IMG/VR virus record: IMGVR_UViG_3300023115_001620
Coordinates: 1-64,000 of that record
Reading direction: 5' to 3' (one strand)
DNA length: 64,000 bases
Source: a virus
Of this stretch, positions 19,048 through 28,509 are shown one piece after another. Both the position numbers and the translations under genes were made by a program. Each line of letters opens with the position of its first letter. Within the stretch, counting starts at the first letter, position 1. The notes beneath the pieces were generated by a model. That model worked only from the letters and a program-made list of their open reading frames with translations. It did no database searches and was not told the DNA's origin.

Positions 19048-20133
19048 TTATGCCGCTTGAGCAGCCTTAATGTACTTACCATAACGATCGTGGAACTCAT
19101 CAAAGCATTCTACTTCGTCAGGGTCAATGGGCAATGCATACTGTGTTAGTGCGAGCTTAATGCCCATTACAACTAGCTCAGTATCAAAATTGTCCATTGC
19201 AAATCGCAGGAAGTTGTTAACTTTCTCGTCAAACTTCTTGTCGCCTTTGTTATCAGCTTCTTTCAGTTCGTAGCACAAAGATACAGTTAAGGAATACATA
19301 GCACTGATTTCTTGTGACTGTATCTCTTTAACTTTTCCTGCAAGAATATCAGTTGGGTTAGGCATGCTCGACGCAACCTTGCGGTGAGCCATAAATTTGA
19401 CAGCCAAACCTTCGCCAACTGCACCACTAACTAAATCAGTAGTAGTGTTTTCGTCAATGTCGTCTTCAAGCAATTCGCTTACAAACGACCATGTACGAGG
19501 TGTTGCAAAAGAACGTGAAGGGGACTTTGGATCAAAGTCATACAAGTCCTTTTTGCTAAATTGTAAGAAACCTACAACGTCCTGATGTATTTTGTTATCT
19601 ACAGCCCACTCAAACCAGTCATCAAATGACACAACCATTTCTAAGTGAATAAAGCGGTTAGCCAGCGGAGCAGGCATACGATATGTAACACCCTTATCTG
19701 CGTCACGATTGCCTGCCGCAACAATAAGCACATTGTCAGGCAGTTTGTAGGTACCAACCTTACGGTTAAGAATAAGTTGATAAGCCGCTGCCTGTACAGC
19801 AGGTGCCGCAGAGTTCATTTCGTCTAAGAAAAGAACAATGTTATCATACTGTGCCGCAAACTCATCTGACGGTAGTTCACTTGGAGGAGCCCAAGCCATT
19901 GTACCTGCATTGCTATCAAAAAACGGAATGCCTTTGATATCAGTAGGTTCCCATAGACTCAAACGAACATCGATCAAATGTGAATTTGGAAGTCCATCTG
20001 TAATTTGCTTTACAATATCGGACTTACCAATACCTGGAGGTCCCCAAAGGAAGATAGGACGCTTCTTTTTAAGAGCATGTCTAATGCTTGCTTTTGCGCT
20101 GTTTGGTGTTACTGTACGAGTTGCAGTATCCAT
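19048..20133 (-). CDS. MoxR-type AAA+ ATPase
   Basis: GPPGIGKS, LFLDE, AAGN, PLANRF. Confidence 0.9.
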   Translation of the reverse strand: MDTATRTVTPNSAKASIRHALKKKRPIFLWGPPGIGKSDIVKQITDGLPNSHLIDVRLSLWEPTDIKGIPFFDSNAGTMAWAPPSELPSDEFAAQYDNIVLFLDEMNSAAPAVQAAAYQLILNRKVGTYKLPDNVLIVAAGNRDADKGVTYRMPAPLANRFIHLEMVVSFDDWFEWAVDNKIHQDVVGFLQFSKKDLYDFDPKSPSRSFATPRTWSFVSELLEDDIDENTTTDLVSGAVGEGLAVKFMAHRKVASSMPNPTDILAGKVKEIQSQEISAMYSLTVSLCYELKEADNKGDKKFDEKVNNFLRFAMDNFDTELVVMGIKLALTQYALPIDPDEVECFDEFHDRYGKYIKAAQAA

Positions 20134-20182
20134 GAAAGTATTCCCTCTTGTGTTATCAGTGCTAATTTCTAACTATGTATAT

Positions 20183-20210
20183 ATAATAACATCATTACAG
20201 ATAAAGTCAA
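20183..20210 (-). promoter_or_regulatory. Sigma70-type promoter
   Basis: TTGACT-N16-TATTAT with extended TG. Confidence 0.65.
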
Positions 20211-20213
20211 CCA

Positions 20214-21389
20214 TTAATTTAAAATAGGAAAATTATTTTTTCTATAGAAATCAACAGTTTGTAAATTATGGTCAAAAATATCTGCCATTTCTCGGTGTAT
20301 TTCTTTCATTTCTTCTATATTTAATGTGTCAATATAATCTATTAGATCGTAAATTTTTTCTAACCTTTTGAAATGATCTGTTTCTAAATCATAACTTTCG
20401 TCCCACCATTTATCGAATGTTTTGAATCCTAATTCTTTCAAATACTGTAGCGTAAAAGGTGGTGCAACTATCACAAAAGGTCTTCTACAACGGATAGGAT
20501 GTAATGCTTTTTCACTAAAATTTGCTTGTGGTTGTCCAAATCTAGTTTCAGTAATTATACCTACAAAGCAAGAAACAAGCGAATCATAAAAAACAGGATT
20601 ATATTTTGTTGTCATAGATTTTTTATTTTTAGGATAGTAAACGCTGTGATCGTTCGATACATTAGTTTTAGTTGCCATCTGATCTAAATAGAATTTTTCT
20701 TTATTAAGTACTTTGTTACCTTCGTGTAACACACTTAGATATTTTTCTTCTACGTCAATGCCGTCAATTTCTGGTGTTGTGAAATGCCAGCTGTAGTTAC
20801 CGTCTTTATTTGCCAAATAGCTCATAACAGCATGTCTTGCAAGAGTATATCTCCAATTTGCACACCAAAACTTCTTTGTAATACCTAAGTTGTTTGGCGG
20901 TATTCCTTTTTTTGTATTCATAATTGTTTGTAGAAATATGTCAAAACAAAAAATATTTAAATTTTTATATTTGTAACCAAAAAACTGACTAGCATTTCTT
21001 TCACATGTGTAGACATTTATAATAATACCCAGTCTTTCTGCAAGGTGTTGTATGACATCAAATTCATGACTATATAATTTATTATGTTCATCTTCGTTAT
21101 ATAATGTTTCTGTATAAAATGATCTATTACACTCTTTTTGTCCATCGACTAATTTATAAGTTGATAAAACTTCAAATAGATATATGTCAAGTCCTGTACT
21201 TGAAAGTTTTTTTAGCTTACTATGTGATAACAAATCATCTAAATTTAATTTGTTATGTGCTGTAGAAATGATATATGGACCTTTACTTGGCAATGATAAT
21301 TTTGCTGTCCTACCTAACAGCTTATTGTTTGACCTCATTTTAAAAGGAAAGTTAAAATAATATACCTTATCCATAAAATTAGGCATCAT
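20214..21389 (-). CDS. Putative glycosyltransferase-like protein (paralog of 554)
   Basis: GL.IYL.E.LSTY, KKFWC.NWRY..RH, ITET...SEK...RPF...GF.TFD.WWDESYD. Confidence 0.5.
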   Translation of the reverse strand: MMPNFMDKVYYFNFPFKMRSNNKLLGRTAKLSLPSKGPYIISTAHNKLNLDDLLSHSKLKKLSSTGLDIYLFEVLSTYKLVDGQKECNRSFYTETLYNEDEHNKLYSHEFDVIQHLAERLGIIINVYTCERNASQFFGYKYKNLNIFCFDIFLQTIMNTKKGIPPNNLGITKKFWCANWRYTLARHAVMSYLANKDGNYSWHFTTPEIDGIDVEEKYLSVLHEGNKVLNKEKFYLDQMATKTNVSNDHSVYYPKNKKSMTTKYNPVFYDSLVSCFVGIITETRFGQPQANFSEKALHPIRCRRPFVIVAPPFTLQYLKELGFKTFDKWWDESYDLETDHFKRLEKIYDLIDYIDTLNIEEMKEIHREMADIFDHNLQTVDFYRKNNFPILN

Positions 21390-21889
21390 TTAGTCCCTGT
21401 TATTTGTAGAGTGTATCTCGGCAATATTCCTATATTACTTGCAGCGTGAGGAGTATCTCCGCTCCATAAGTAGTAATCTCCTGCACACCAATTTACAACT
21501 CCTATATTATCAATTTCAAAATAATGTCCGGATTGCCAATCTTCTAAAAAAACAATTGCTCTATAAACTTCATCACGATACAGATTAAATATACGACAGT
21601 AAGTTTCAAAGTGATCTGAGTGTACAGGCATAATTTCTAGTGTACACATTTTATAAAATACAAATCCTGGATTTTTAAGTTTTAGTTTATTTGATATATT
21701 GTATACCCACTCTGGCATTTGATTTTCTTGATTTGATTGACTGTACATTACTCCCGAAAAAGAGTCATGAGTATATCCTTGGCTACGCCATTCCTGTATT
21801 TCTGAATCTTTAATCGGCTGCCTAACATAAGGAAATGATTTATAAGCATCACTCCAATTTGCAGATATATGTCCTTTAGTGTATGTCAC
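21386..21889 (-). CDS. Cupin/2OG-Fe(II) oxygenase-like protein
   Basis: MPVHSD (HxD), PHAASNIG..PRYTLQIT. Confidence 0.7.
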   Translation of the reverse strand: MTYTKGHISANWSDAYKSFPYVRQPIKDSEIQEWRSQGYTHDSFSGVMYSQSNQENQMPEWVYNISNKLKLKNPGFVFYKMCTLEIMPVHSDHFETYCRIFNLYRDEVYRAIVFLEDWQSGHYFEIDNIGVVNWCAGDYYLWSGDTPHAASNIGILPRYTLQITGTK

Positions 21890-22859
21890 GCTCTAAATCC
21901 AATGTTACACAATGAAATCCACCGCCTAGTGTTCTTTGATGACGCATAGGAAGCATTGCACATTCTATATTATATTTTTCTAATTCTTTCCTAAGTGTGT
22001 GCTGATTTTCCTCTAACACAACTAAATTAGGATTTATGCTAAACAAGTTCATGTTTATCCATTTACTTGCATTACAGTAATCTGGAAAATGTCCTATGTC
22101 AGTAGGCTCCGGGCACCAAATTGCTTCCCATTTACTGAAAGGTAACGGAAGCTGATCTTTTGATTTTATTCTTTCAGGATTTAATAGCATTAAGCCATCT
22201 CTCAAAAACGCAATAGTACTATCTATATGAATATAGCTGTATATACCTTCTAGTGTATGGACATGTACATCTGAATGTTCTCTATTAAGCCATTCTTGTA
22301 ACATTTGTGCACCTGCTTTGTTGCCTGTATTACTAACCAGGTACAAAAGATCGTTGTTTGCACGGATAATATTTGCAGCGTCAAACATAGGATGTTTTTC
22401 TGTAAGAGCCAATTGATCAGGATTACCTATACACAGTTCATTGTACATATCTTCGTCATAGGTTCCATACTTGTGTATTGATATAGGAGCAGCAGCAGGT
22501 AAAAGATATCGCCATTCGTTCTTACGTGCTTCGAGAGACATTGGAGCAGCAAGCCTTCTGTCACCGTATGCAAATACTGTATCTCTAGGACAGTAATTAT
22601 AATATTCAACTTCTTGTGTAACAGTTGGGCGGACAACTTTGATGTTTAAATTTTTTAAAAAACTTGATAATATTTCTAAATCTTCATTTGCTTCTTGTAT
22701 GACTTGGTTAGGATAATTGCCTATTTTTATATTAGACACATCCTTTTTGTCTGCATAATTTACAGTGCGTAAACTTTTTGACATTGTAGGAATTTTTGCT
22801 CCATCTGCTACTCCTACAACAACTGTTTTCAATTGATCCCATTCGTTATATACGCTCAT
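21876..22859 (-). CDS. L-arginine amidinotransferase (glycine/inosamine-phosphate, StrB1-like)
   Basis: YNEWDQL..VVVG, CPRD, FDAA, HIDST, GGGFHCVT. Confidence 0.9.
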   Translation of the reverse strand: MSVYNEWDQLKTVVVGVADGAKIPTMSKSLRTVNYADKKDVSNIKIGNYPNQVIQEANEDLEILSSFLKNLNIKVVRPTVTQEVEYYNYCPRDTVFAYGDRRLAAPMSLEARKNEWRYLLPAAAPISIHKYGTYDEDMYNELCIGNPDQLALTEKHPMFDAANIIRANNDLLYLVSNTGNKAGAQMLQEWLNREHSDVHVHTLEGIYSYIHIDSTIAFLRDGLMLLNPERIKSKDQLPLPFSKWEAIWCPEPTDIGHFPDYCNASKWINMNLFSINPNLVVLEENQHTLRKELEKYNIECAMLPMRHQRTLGGGFHCVTLDLERDIH

Positions 22860-23239
22860 TCTTTAGATTGCCTTTTCATCGCTTTGACTAACCCATACTT
22901 TCTAAGATCACCACTAAACAATGTAAGTTCAACAGCCTTTTTTTCATTTGTTACACTAATACTTCTATTAGTGAGATAATAAGGACAGTCTATGAATTGA
23001 TCTAAAAAAATAATTACTTGTGTAGTAAGTGGCATTTCTTTTGGATAAGGGATATCATATATAGCAAGATCGATTTTTTTTAATACATTGAAACCTTCTT
23101 CTGTAAGACGTAAACCACCTTTGCCTTTATTTCTTGTGTTTTGCCACCAGAGGGGCATATACGTTTTTATATTTGCTTCACTAGTAGATTGTCCTAGTTC
23201 TTTCAAAAATATTTTTGTATATGCTTCTTTCCAACTCAT
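22856..23239 (-). CDS. Hypothetical protein
   Basis: Coupled ORF, 127 aa. Confidence 0.7.
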   Translation of the reverse strand: MSWKEAYTKIFLKELGQSTSEANIKTYMPLWWQNTRNKGKGGLRLTEEGFNVLKKIDLAIYDIPYPKEMPLTTQVIIFLDQFIDCPYYLTNRSISVTNEKKAVELTLFSGDLRKYGLVKAMKRQSKE

Positions 23240-23523
23240 TCTTCAACTTTTTCACCTGTTGTGAGTTTGTAAACAACAAATTCGTCTGTGTTGAACATGT
23301 CATTTAATTTTTTAGCTAGATTATGTGCATGCCCAGGATTTGAAAAACTAGTCTTTTTATATTTTGGACCAGGATAATTTGTAAGAGCATTAGAGCTTTT
23401 TAAATTGAAGGGTGCATCTTGATAAAATACAGCCCAAATGGCTTCTGCTTGTAAAACTTGTTCGCTTCTATATGTTTTACTGTTTACCTTCTCAAGAAGA
23501 ATATTTGGCTTTGGTCTACTCAT
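23236..23523 (-). CDS. Hypothetical protein
   Basis: Preceded by late promoter and hairpin. Confidence 0.75.
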   Translation of the reverse strand: MSRPKPNILLEKVNSKTYRSEQVLQAEAIWAVFYQDAPFNLKSSNALTNYPGPKYKKTSFSNPGHAHNLAKKLNDMFNTDEFVVYKLTTGEKVEE

Positions 23524-23550
23524 ATATACGTATCCTATTAACTACGTATA

Positions 23551-23557
23551 TATTTAT
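23551..23557 (-). promoter_or_regulatory. Late promoter ATAAATA overlapping an 11-bp inverted repeat
   Basis: ATATATACGTA (23522-23532) / TACGTATATAT (23543-23553). Confidence 0.6.
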
Positions 23558-23581
23558 CTCTTTTAGAGTTATATGAGCAGT

Positions 23582-23824
23582 TTATTCAAAACCACTGCCG
23601 TCCATTGTAATGTTAATTACTTCATCTGAGTTAGTATTTGATTCGGAAACAAGTTTTTCTAGATCGCCTTGTAGTCTACTCATTACAATACCAATAGTAA
23701 AAGCAAGATTTTTAGCTGTGTTTATATCCAGCTTAACTTCTTTGGCTCTACTATTTTCAGCACTTTTCACTTGTGTAATAAACTGTTGTAGTGGAATAGT
23801 GTTTAAAGGTTCAACGGTTGGCAA
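23582..23824 (-). CDS. Hypothetical protein (probable TTG start)
   Basis: AGGAG SD before TTG 23824. Confidence 0.6.
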   Translation of the reverse strand: MPTVEPLNTIPLQQFITQVKSAENSRAKEVKLDINTAKNLAFTIGIVMSRLQGDLEKLVSESNTNSDEVINITMDGSGFE

Positions 23825-24284
23825 GGCTAAGCTCCTGACGCATTTCAATTTCAGTCTTAAAAGGACCTTTGTAATCGTAACGTTCTACTGTAATTTGTTT
23901 AGGACAAAAACTTTTAACCCAACCCTTGTCAAATTTAATAATATAATATCCTGCACAATAGTTGCTTTTAGATTTTTCGCTTTTGGTAAACAACGGCAAT
24001 TTACGTTTTACATCATACATAGAATTGTATGGACATACACTTGTAGGGAAACCATGAACAATATATTCAACTTCTTTCTGTGTTTCTTCTTTTTCAATGC
24101 CTACAAAAATTATATCACTGCCAAACTTTTTTGACATCTGCCGTTTGTTGTTAAAGAAGCAGGTTCCAGATGGCTCTGAAAACATGTAACGTTCATCATC
24201 CCAGCTTAGTGTTCCTAAACGTGTGCCTTCGTCTTCTACGATCCAAAATTTATCTTTTAGAATTGTTTTTGCTTTTATAGTCAT
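23811..24284 (-). CDS. Hypothetical protein
   Basis: Coupled ORF, 157 aa. Confidence 0.7.
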   Translation of the reverse strand: MTIKAKTILKDKFWIVEDEGTRLGTLSWDDERYMFSEPSGTCFFNNKRQMSKKFGSDIIFVGIEKEETQKEVEYIVHGFPTSVCPYNSMYDVKRKLPLFTKSEKSKSNYCAGYYIIKFDKGWVKSFCPKQITVERYDYKGPFKTEIEMRQELSLANR

Positions 24285-25264
24285 TTAGGGTACCTCGCTT
24301 GTAATGGTTCTGCAAAAGATGCTGCCTGGTCTGCAATACGTTGCATATCCCACTTAGCACAAAATTTCATAAGACGCATACCTACTTGTGATATATTCTT
24401 TGGTTCTACTTCTGCAATAGTAGTATTAATTATCTCTCTAATATCTGCAGGTTGCGCAGTCAAATCACATAGTGTTACATTGCGGTTGTAGTCGTCCAGA
24501 ACACGGTGCTCAATATCATTATGATCAACCCAACGCTGTAGCATAAGATTATTCCAATTAAAACCTTTTGTATCTTTGTCTTCAAATGCTTCAAGTAATC
24601 CTACCTTGTTTTTTGTACCTTTCTTGCGAACGCCTGGATATGCACTAAACACATTATCACTTGTATCACCACGCATACATTTCTCAAATAGCATCCACTG
24701 CGGGTTAGGTGCACCTTTAGGCTCTTTAGTTTTCTTGTCAATTACTTCTTTGCCTTTGTCATCAAAGTAACCTTCATGTGTAATTGTAGTATTACTCACA
24801 CCGTTGTATTGTTTTACGTTAGGTGCAATAAGTTGTGCAAAGTCGCCGTCAGTAGAAATGATAACGTGATTGTCATTGGGATGTGCTTGTACCCAACCTG
24901 CAATAAGATCGTCTGCTTCTAGTTGCGGATGACGTATCATTGTACAGTTAGTCTTTTCGCCGATGAAATCTTTAAACTCGTCAAAGATTTGCCAAAACAC
25001 AGTATCTTCTTCTTGCTGTGCAGGAGTCATTGCATCACGAGTTTCTTGACGATTGCGCTTGTATGGCTCGTAATAATCTTTACGCCAACTGCGGCCTTCT
25101 AAACAAAACACAACATGATCTGCGTTAAAGTCTGTCCAAGCTTTTTTTACACTGTTAAGAGTAATGTGTAGTGCCATACCTACTTTAGTATCTAAGTCGC
25201 CACGTACTACGTGTCGTGCTCTAAAGAAAGTATTAGCAGTATCAACTAGTACATAAGTTGCCAT
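24281..25264 (-). CDS. rnh: 5'-3' exonuclease / RNase H (T4 Rnh/FEN family)
   Basis: LVD, SWRK..Y..YK.NR, EADD, STDGD..QL, GDTSDNV. Confidence 0.9.
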   Translation of the reverse strand: MATYVLVDTANTFFRARHVVRGDLDTKVGMALHITLNSVKKAWTDFNADHVVFCLEGRSWRKDYYEPYKRNRQETRDAMTPAQQEEDTVFWQIFDEFKDFIGEKTNCTMIRHPQLEADDLIAGWVQAHPNDNHVIISTDGDFAQLIAPNVKQYNGVSNTTITHEGYFDDKGKEVIDKKTKEPKGAPNPQWMLFEKCMRGDTSDNVFSAYPGVRKKGTKNKVGLLEAFEDKDTKGFNWNNLMLQRWVDHNDIEHRVLDDYNRNVTLCDLTAQPADIREIINTTIAEVEPKNISQVGMRLMKFCAKWDMQRIADQAASFAEPLQARYPK

Positions 25265-25655
25265 TTAGTTCCTCGTCTATATAACGTTTCAATTCATGGT
25301 CTCCAACATTTTCAGGTATCTCATTTTTATAAAATAAGCGATAACTGTCACTGCCGTATTTCCCAATTCCATATAACATTGTAGCATCTTCCTCGTCCCA
25401 TGTCAAGAAATCTTTTGTCATACGTTTCAAACGGTTATAACGAATATTCAACATACCTAGTGGTTGAATAATATTTTTTATAGTTTTTTCTGTTGTGTTT
25501 AAAAAATGTACAGGTGTTGGAGCCACGCTGAACAAGACTGGTAAAACTCTTTTTACTTGTTTACGATTTGTTTGATTCAAACAAATCACTCCTACCATAT
25601 GCTGCCATTTTGACTCTACTTGTTGTTGTACCATTAAGTCATCGAGCATATTCAT
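25242..25655 (-). CDS. HhH-GPD DNA glycosylase, MBD4-like
   Basis: I.LNQT, PLG...R, LYGIGKYGSDSYRLF, DHEL..Y. Confidence 0.8.
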   Translation of the reverse strand: MNMLDDLMVQQQVESKWQHMVGVICLNQTNRKQVKRVLPVLFSVAPTPVHFLNTTEKTIKNIIQPLGMLNIRYNRLKRMTKDFLTWDEEDATMLYGIGKYGSDSYRLFYKNEIPENVGDHELKRYIDEELNGNLCTS

Positions 25656-26325
25656 TCTCTTCCGTTATATTCTTCAATATATCTTCGTTTATAAAAGGTA
25701 TACACAATCCGTTTTCGTCTTCTCTGTGTAAAACGATATCAAATGCTATGCTTACTCTTGGTTCGTCTTGCGTATGCTCTGTTGTACAGTGTTCTAAATA
25801 TGTTGGAAAAAGTGTCACATTGCCCATTTTGTTAGGATCGGGATATACAACTTGATTATCATATGGACTAACATATAAAGTATAACTATCATAATCCTTA
25901 AGATGCATATTTCCGCTTATATATGTATCTGCGGTTGCGCCATGATGATGTGGTTTTATTTTATCACCTTTTTCTAAAATATTAAACCATCCTATAATAT
26001 TACAATTTCTTACCGCTGCACCTTTTTTAGTTACAAAATCTAGATACAACGCTTGTAAATAATTATATAGGGTTTGTAAAGATTCACACTGATCGCGATA
26101 GTTAAATAAATTGTAAGAGCCTAACCTAGCAGTAATTGTACTATCTGCTAATCCTGTATCTCCTACAGGATTCACAGGGTATTTCAAAAATTCGTCTTTA
26201 TTATCTAATAGCCAGTCATGTATAACTCCGCATTCTTGGAAATTAAATAATTCATTATACATAGGAATATGCCATGTAGGTGCAAATTCATTTGTAGGAT
26301 GCTTGCTACTAAAATATTTCAACAT
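25639..26325 (-). CDS. 2OG-Fe(II) oxygenase (TIGR02466-like)
   Basis: W.NI...G....PHHH, ISG, LFP.YL.H.T......RVSIAFD. Confidence 0.8.
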   Translation of the reverse strand: MLKYFSSKHPTNEFAPTWHIPMYNELFNFQECGVIHDWLLDNKDEFLKYPVNPVGDTGLADSTITARLGSYNLFNYRDQCESLQTLYNYLQALYLDFVTKKGAAVRNCNIIGWFNILEKGDKIKPHHHGATADTYISGNMHLKDYDSYTLYVSPYDNQVVYPDPNKMGNVTLFPTYLEHCTTEHTQDEPRVSIAFDIVLHREDENGLCIPFINEDILKNITEENEYAR

Positions 26326-26708
26326 TAAGAAACCTCACTCTTTCCTTTGTCTAATGGTACAACATTGATGTATCCTGCTCCCCTATCGGTATCCATACCT
26401 TCTTCTTGCAACATATTATACACAATGTCACGGAACCAACGATCTACAATTTCTTCTTCTGGATCATTTTCAACACCATAACCTGCTTCAATAAGTTGTA
26501 GAATAAAGTATTTGTTCCAGTCTAGCTCAAAGAATCCGTTGCGAACATTGTCTTCGTTTACTTTAACATCAAGTACATTTACCCAAGGCTCTTTGCGTCT
26601 AGTAGCATATTCCTTAGGATCTTTCTTTTTAAGAAGAGCCATTTCCTGCTCTTCTAGTTCTTTTTCTCTCTTACTGATACCAGTAATATCTTTTATAAAT
26701 TTTTTCAT
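26325..26708 (-). CDS. Hypothetical protein
   Basis: 127 aa, coupled; NGFFELDWN. Confidence 0.7.
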   Translation of the reverse strand: MKKFIKDITGISKREKELEEQEMALLKKKDPKEYATRRKEPWVNVLDVKVNEDNVRNGFFELDWNKYFILQLIEAGYGVENDPEEEIVDRWFRDIVYNMLQEEGMDTDRGAGYINVVPLDKGKSEVS

Positions 26709-26839
26709 ATTAAACCTTTTTCTCTTAACCTATTTGCAAGATCTTCAGGATTTTCAACATCTTTTTTTGCATTTATAGGAGCAGTCATAGCACGTTCATG
26801 CTGCTCATTTTTATATTTTTGTTTAGGTGCCCCAGGCAT
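26705..26839 (-). CDS. Possible small protein (3' part of track ORF 26705-27241)
   Basis: Fills the gap between queE and the next gene with ATGA coupling; start uncertain. Confidence 0.35.
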   Translation of the reverse strand: MPGAPKQKYKNEQHERAMTAPINAKKDVENPEDLANRLREKGLI

Positions 26840-27719
26840 TTCCGAATAAGCTGATGTGTAATCTTGGTGTGAAACGCCATCCTCTCGCCATACATTCGTT
26901 CGCCACCTCTTGTACGTTAAGCGTATACTCTTCAGAACGTCCTCCAAGCGGCATAAGATATACTGGACACTCGATGCCGTTTTTGCGATATGCATCAACA
27001 GCCCTACCGGCTTCATCAATATCTGTACTGTCAGCAACAACAAATTTGAGATAGACTGAAGAATTCCGAAGACTAAAATAATCACTAACAACAGCAGGTC
27101 GGATAGCGTCCTCCCAAGATTCTCCACTAACGGAGAGCTTAGGCGAACATGAGAAAGTCCATTTAATTCTGCTCGTAGCATTGATATAGTTTCTAAGATC
27201 GTCGTGTAAAAATTGTGTGCTATTTGTTTCAAACGTGACATTTTTTAAGTCCTTCATTTTAGGATGTTCAAACAACTCTACATAAAGTCGTTGCCAAGCA
27301 AGTAATGGCTCACCGCCTGTAAGAATTAGATGTATATCTTGCCCGTTGTCTTGTGTCCATTTGCCTTCTGGCAGCAAACTAATCAAATGATCTACAACTT
27401 CGTCTACTTCTGCTAGTTTGTTGAAGTCTTTAAATTCTGGATAGATACTTGCATATGTGTCACAGCCTGTATGAATAATGGGCAAGTCTTCAAACTTTTC
27501 TGTTGTATTATGCACATCCTTTGCAATTAGTTCTGCAACTTCAGGATTGTGTCTGATTTTATTTTGTGTTTTTACTGCACGACTAGGTTCATCTCTTCCT
27601 AGTCCAAAGTTCATACAGCGGAAGTTACAACCAAATGTGCGCAAGAATACACTAGGTACTCCTACAAATTTGCCTTCGCCTTGCACACTATAGAATGCTT
27701 CTGAATATCTTAGTTTCAT
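26823..27719 (-). CDS. queE: 7-carboxy-7-deazaguanine synthase (radical SAM)
   Basis: E.FYS.QGEG..VG.PSVFLR..GCN..C, CDT, LTGGEPL, ETN, SPKL; next to folE. Confidence 0.9.
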   Translation of the reverse strand: MKLRYSEAFYSVQGEGKFVGVPSVFLRTFGCNFRCMNFGLGRDEPSRAVKTQNKIRHNPEVAELIAKDVHNTTEKFEDLPIIHTGCDTYASIYPEFKDFNKLAEVDEVVDHLISLLPEGKWTQDNGQDIHLILTGGEPLLAWQRLYVELFEHPKMKDLKNVTFETNSTQFLHDDLRNYINATSRIKWTFSCSPKLSVSGESWEDAIRPAVVSDYFSLRNSSVYLKFVVADSTDIDEAGRAVDAYRKNGIECPVYLMPLGGRSEEYTLNVQEVANECMARGWRFTPRLHISLFGNAWGT

Positions 27720-27826
27720 AATGGCAGCCTTCCTGTATACAATTCAATTCCTAAACCTATCATGCCCATTATAAACACTGCTATAATAAACACTTGTGCC
27801 ATGCGCACTGCAATATAATCACCCAT
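27716..27826 (-). CDS. 36-aa single-TM protein (not in ORF track)
   Basis: MGDYIAVRMAQVFIIAVFIMGMIGLGIELYTGRLPL; TAATG overlap with folE and ATGA overlap with queE. Confidence 0.65.
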   Translation of the reverse strand: MGDYIAVRMAQVFIIAVFIMGMIGLGIELYTGRLPL

Positions 27827-28509
27827 TAGCAACTAAACTCCTGCTGTAGTTTAATATTGTCAAAGAATTCTTTCTTTGTACCTGCATCATCCTTAAATGC
27901 ACCTTTTAGTACAGTTGTCTGTGTAAGTGAACTATGTGCCATAATGCCACGATTCTCACAGCAACCATGTGTTGCTTGAATGTATACACCTAAATGTTCT
28001 GCACCTGTTGCCTTTGCAATCTCACGTGCAATATCATTTGCAAGTTCTTCTTGTAGCGTACCACGGCGAGCGCACCACTGTGCAATACGTGTGTATTTAG
28101 ATAAGCCAATCAATTTGTCTGCGGCAATAATACCAATGTATGCTACACCGCCTACTGGTTGATGATGGTGACTACACATACTTTTTAGTTCTGAACGAAC
28201 AACTAGCATACCTTCGTAGCGTTCGTCTGAGTCATTTGGAAATGCTGTTGCACTTGGAATAGGATCATAACGTCCTGACATGATCTCATTAAAGTACATC
28301 TTAGCAAGACGTCTTGCTGTACCTTGTGAGTTAGGATCATTGTGTCGATCAATTACTAGTGCATCAAGCACACTTTCAAATGCTACTGTAGCATCATCAA
28401 TAAGTTGTTCTTTATCGCCCTTTTGTAGGACTTCTGAAATATTGTCGCCTGCCCAATAGCGAATGTTTGCATCTTGCAAACGGGCTTTAATCTGTTCTGC
28501 TTTGCTCAT
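27826..28509 (-). CDS. folE: GTP cyclohydrolase I
   Basis: SMCSHH, IGLSK..R, LQE, A.HGC...RG. Confidence 0.95.
   Translation of the reverse strand: MSKAEQIKARLQDANIRYWAGDNISEVLQKGDKEQLIDDATVAFESVLDALVIDRHNDPNSQGTARRLAKMYFNEIMSGRYDPIPSATAFPNDSDERYEGMLVVRSELKSMCSHHHQPVGGVAYIGIIAADKLIGLSKYTRIAQWCARRGTLQEELANDIAREIAKATGAEHLGVYIQATHGCCENRGIMAHSSLTQTTVLKGAFKDDAGTKKEFFDNIKLQQEFSC

Noticed and set aside
21876-22859. Amidinotransferase as an archaeosine synthase
   Set aside because: It belongs to the Arg amidinotransferase (pentein) family, not ArcS, QueF-L or GAT-QueC, and it sits with a GT-like gene; no preQ0 or preQ1 source is visible.
26840-27241. 178-aa ORF overlapping queE in another frame
   Set aside because: Most of it is a shadow of queE; only the 3' ~44 codons that fill the intergenic gap are plausible.
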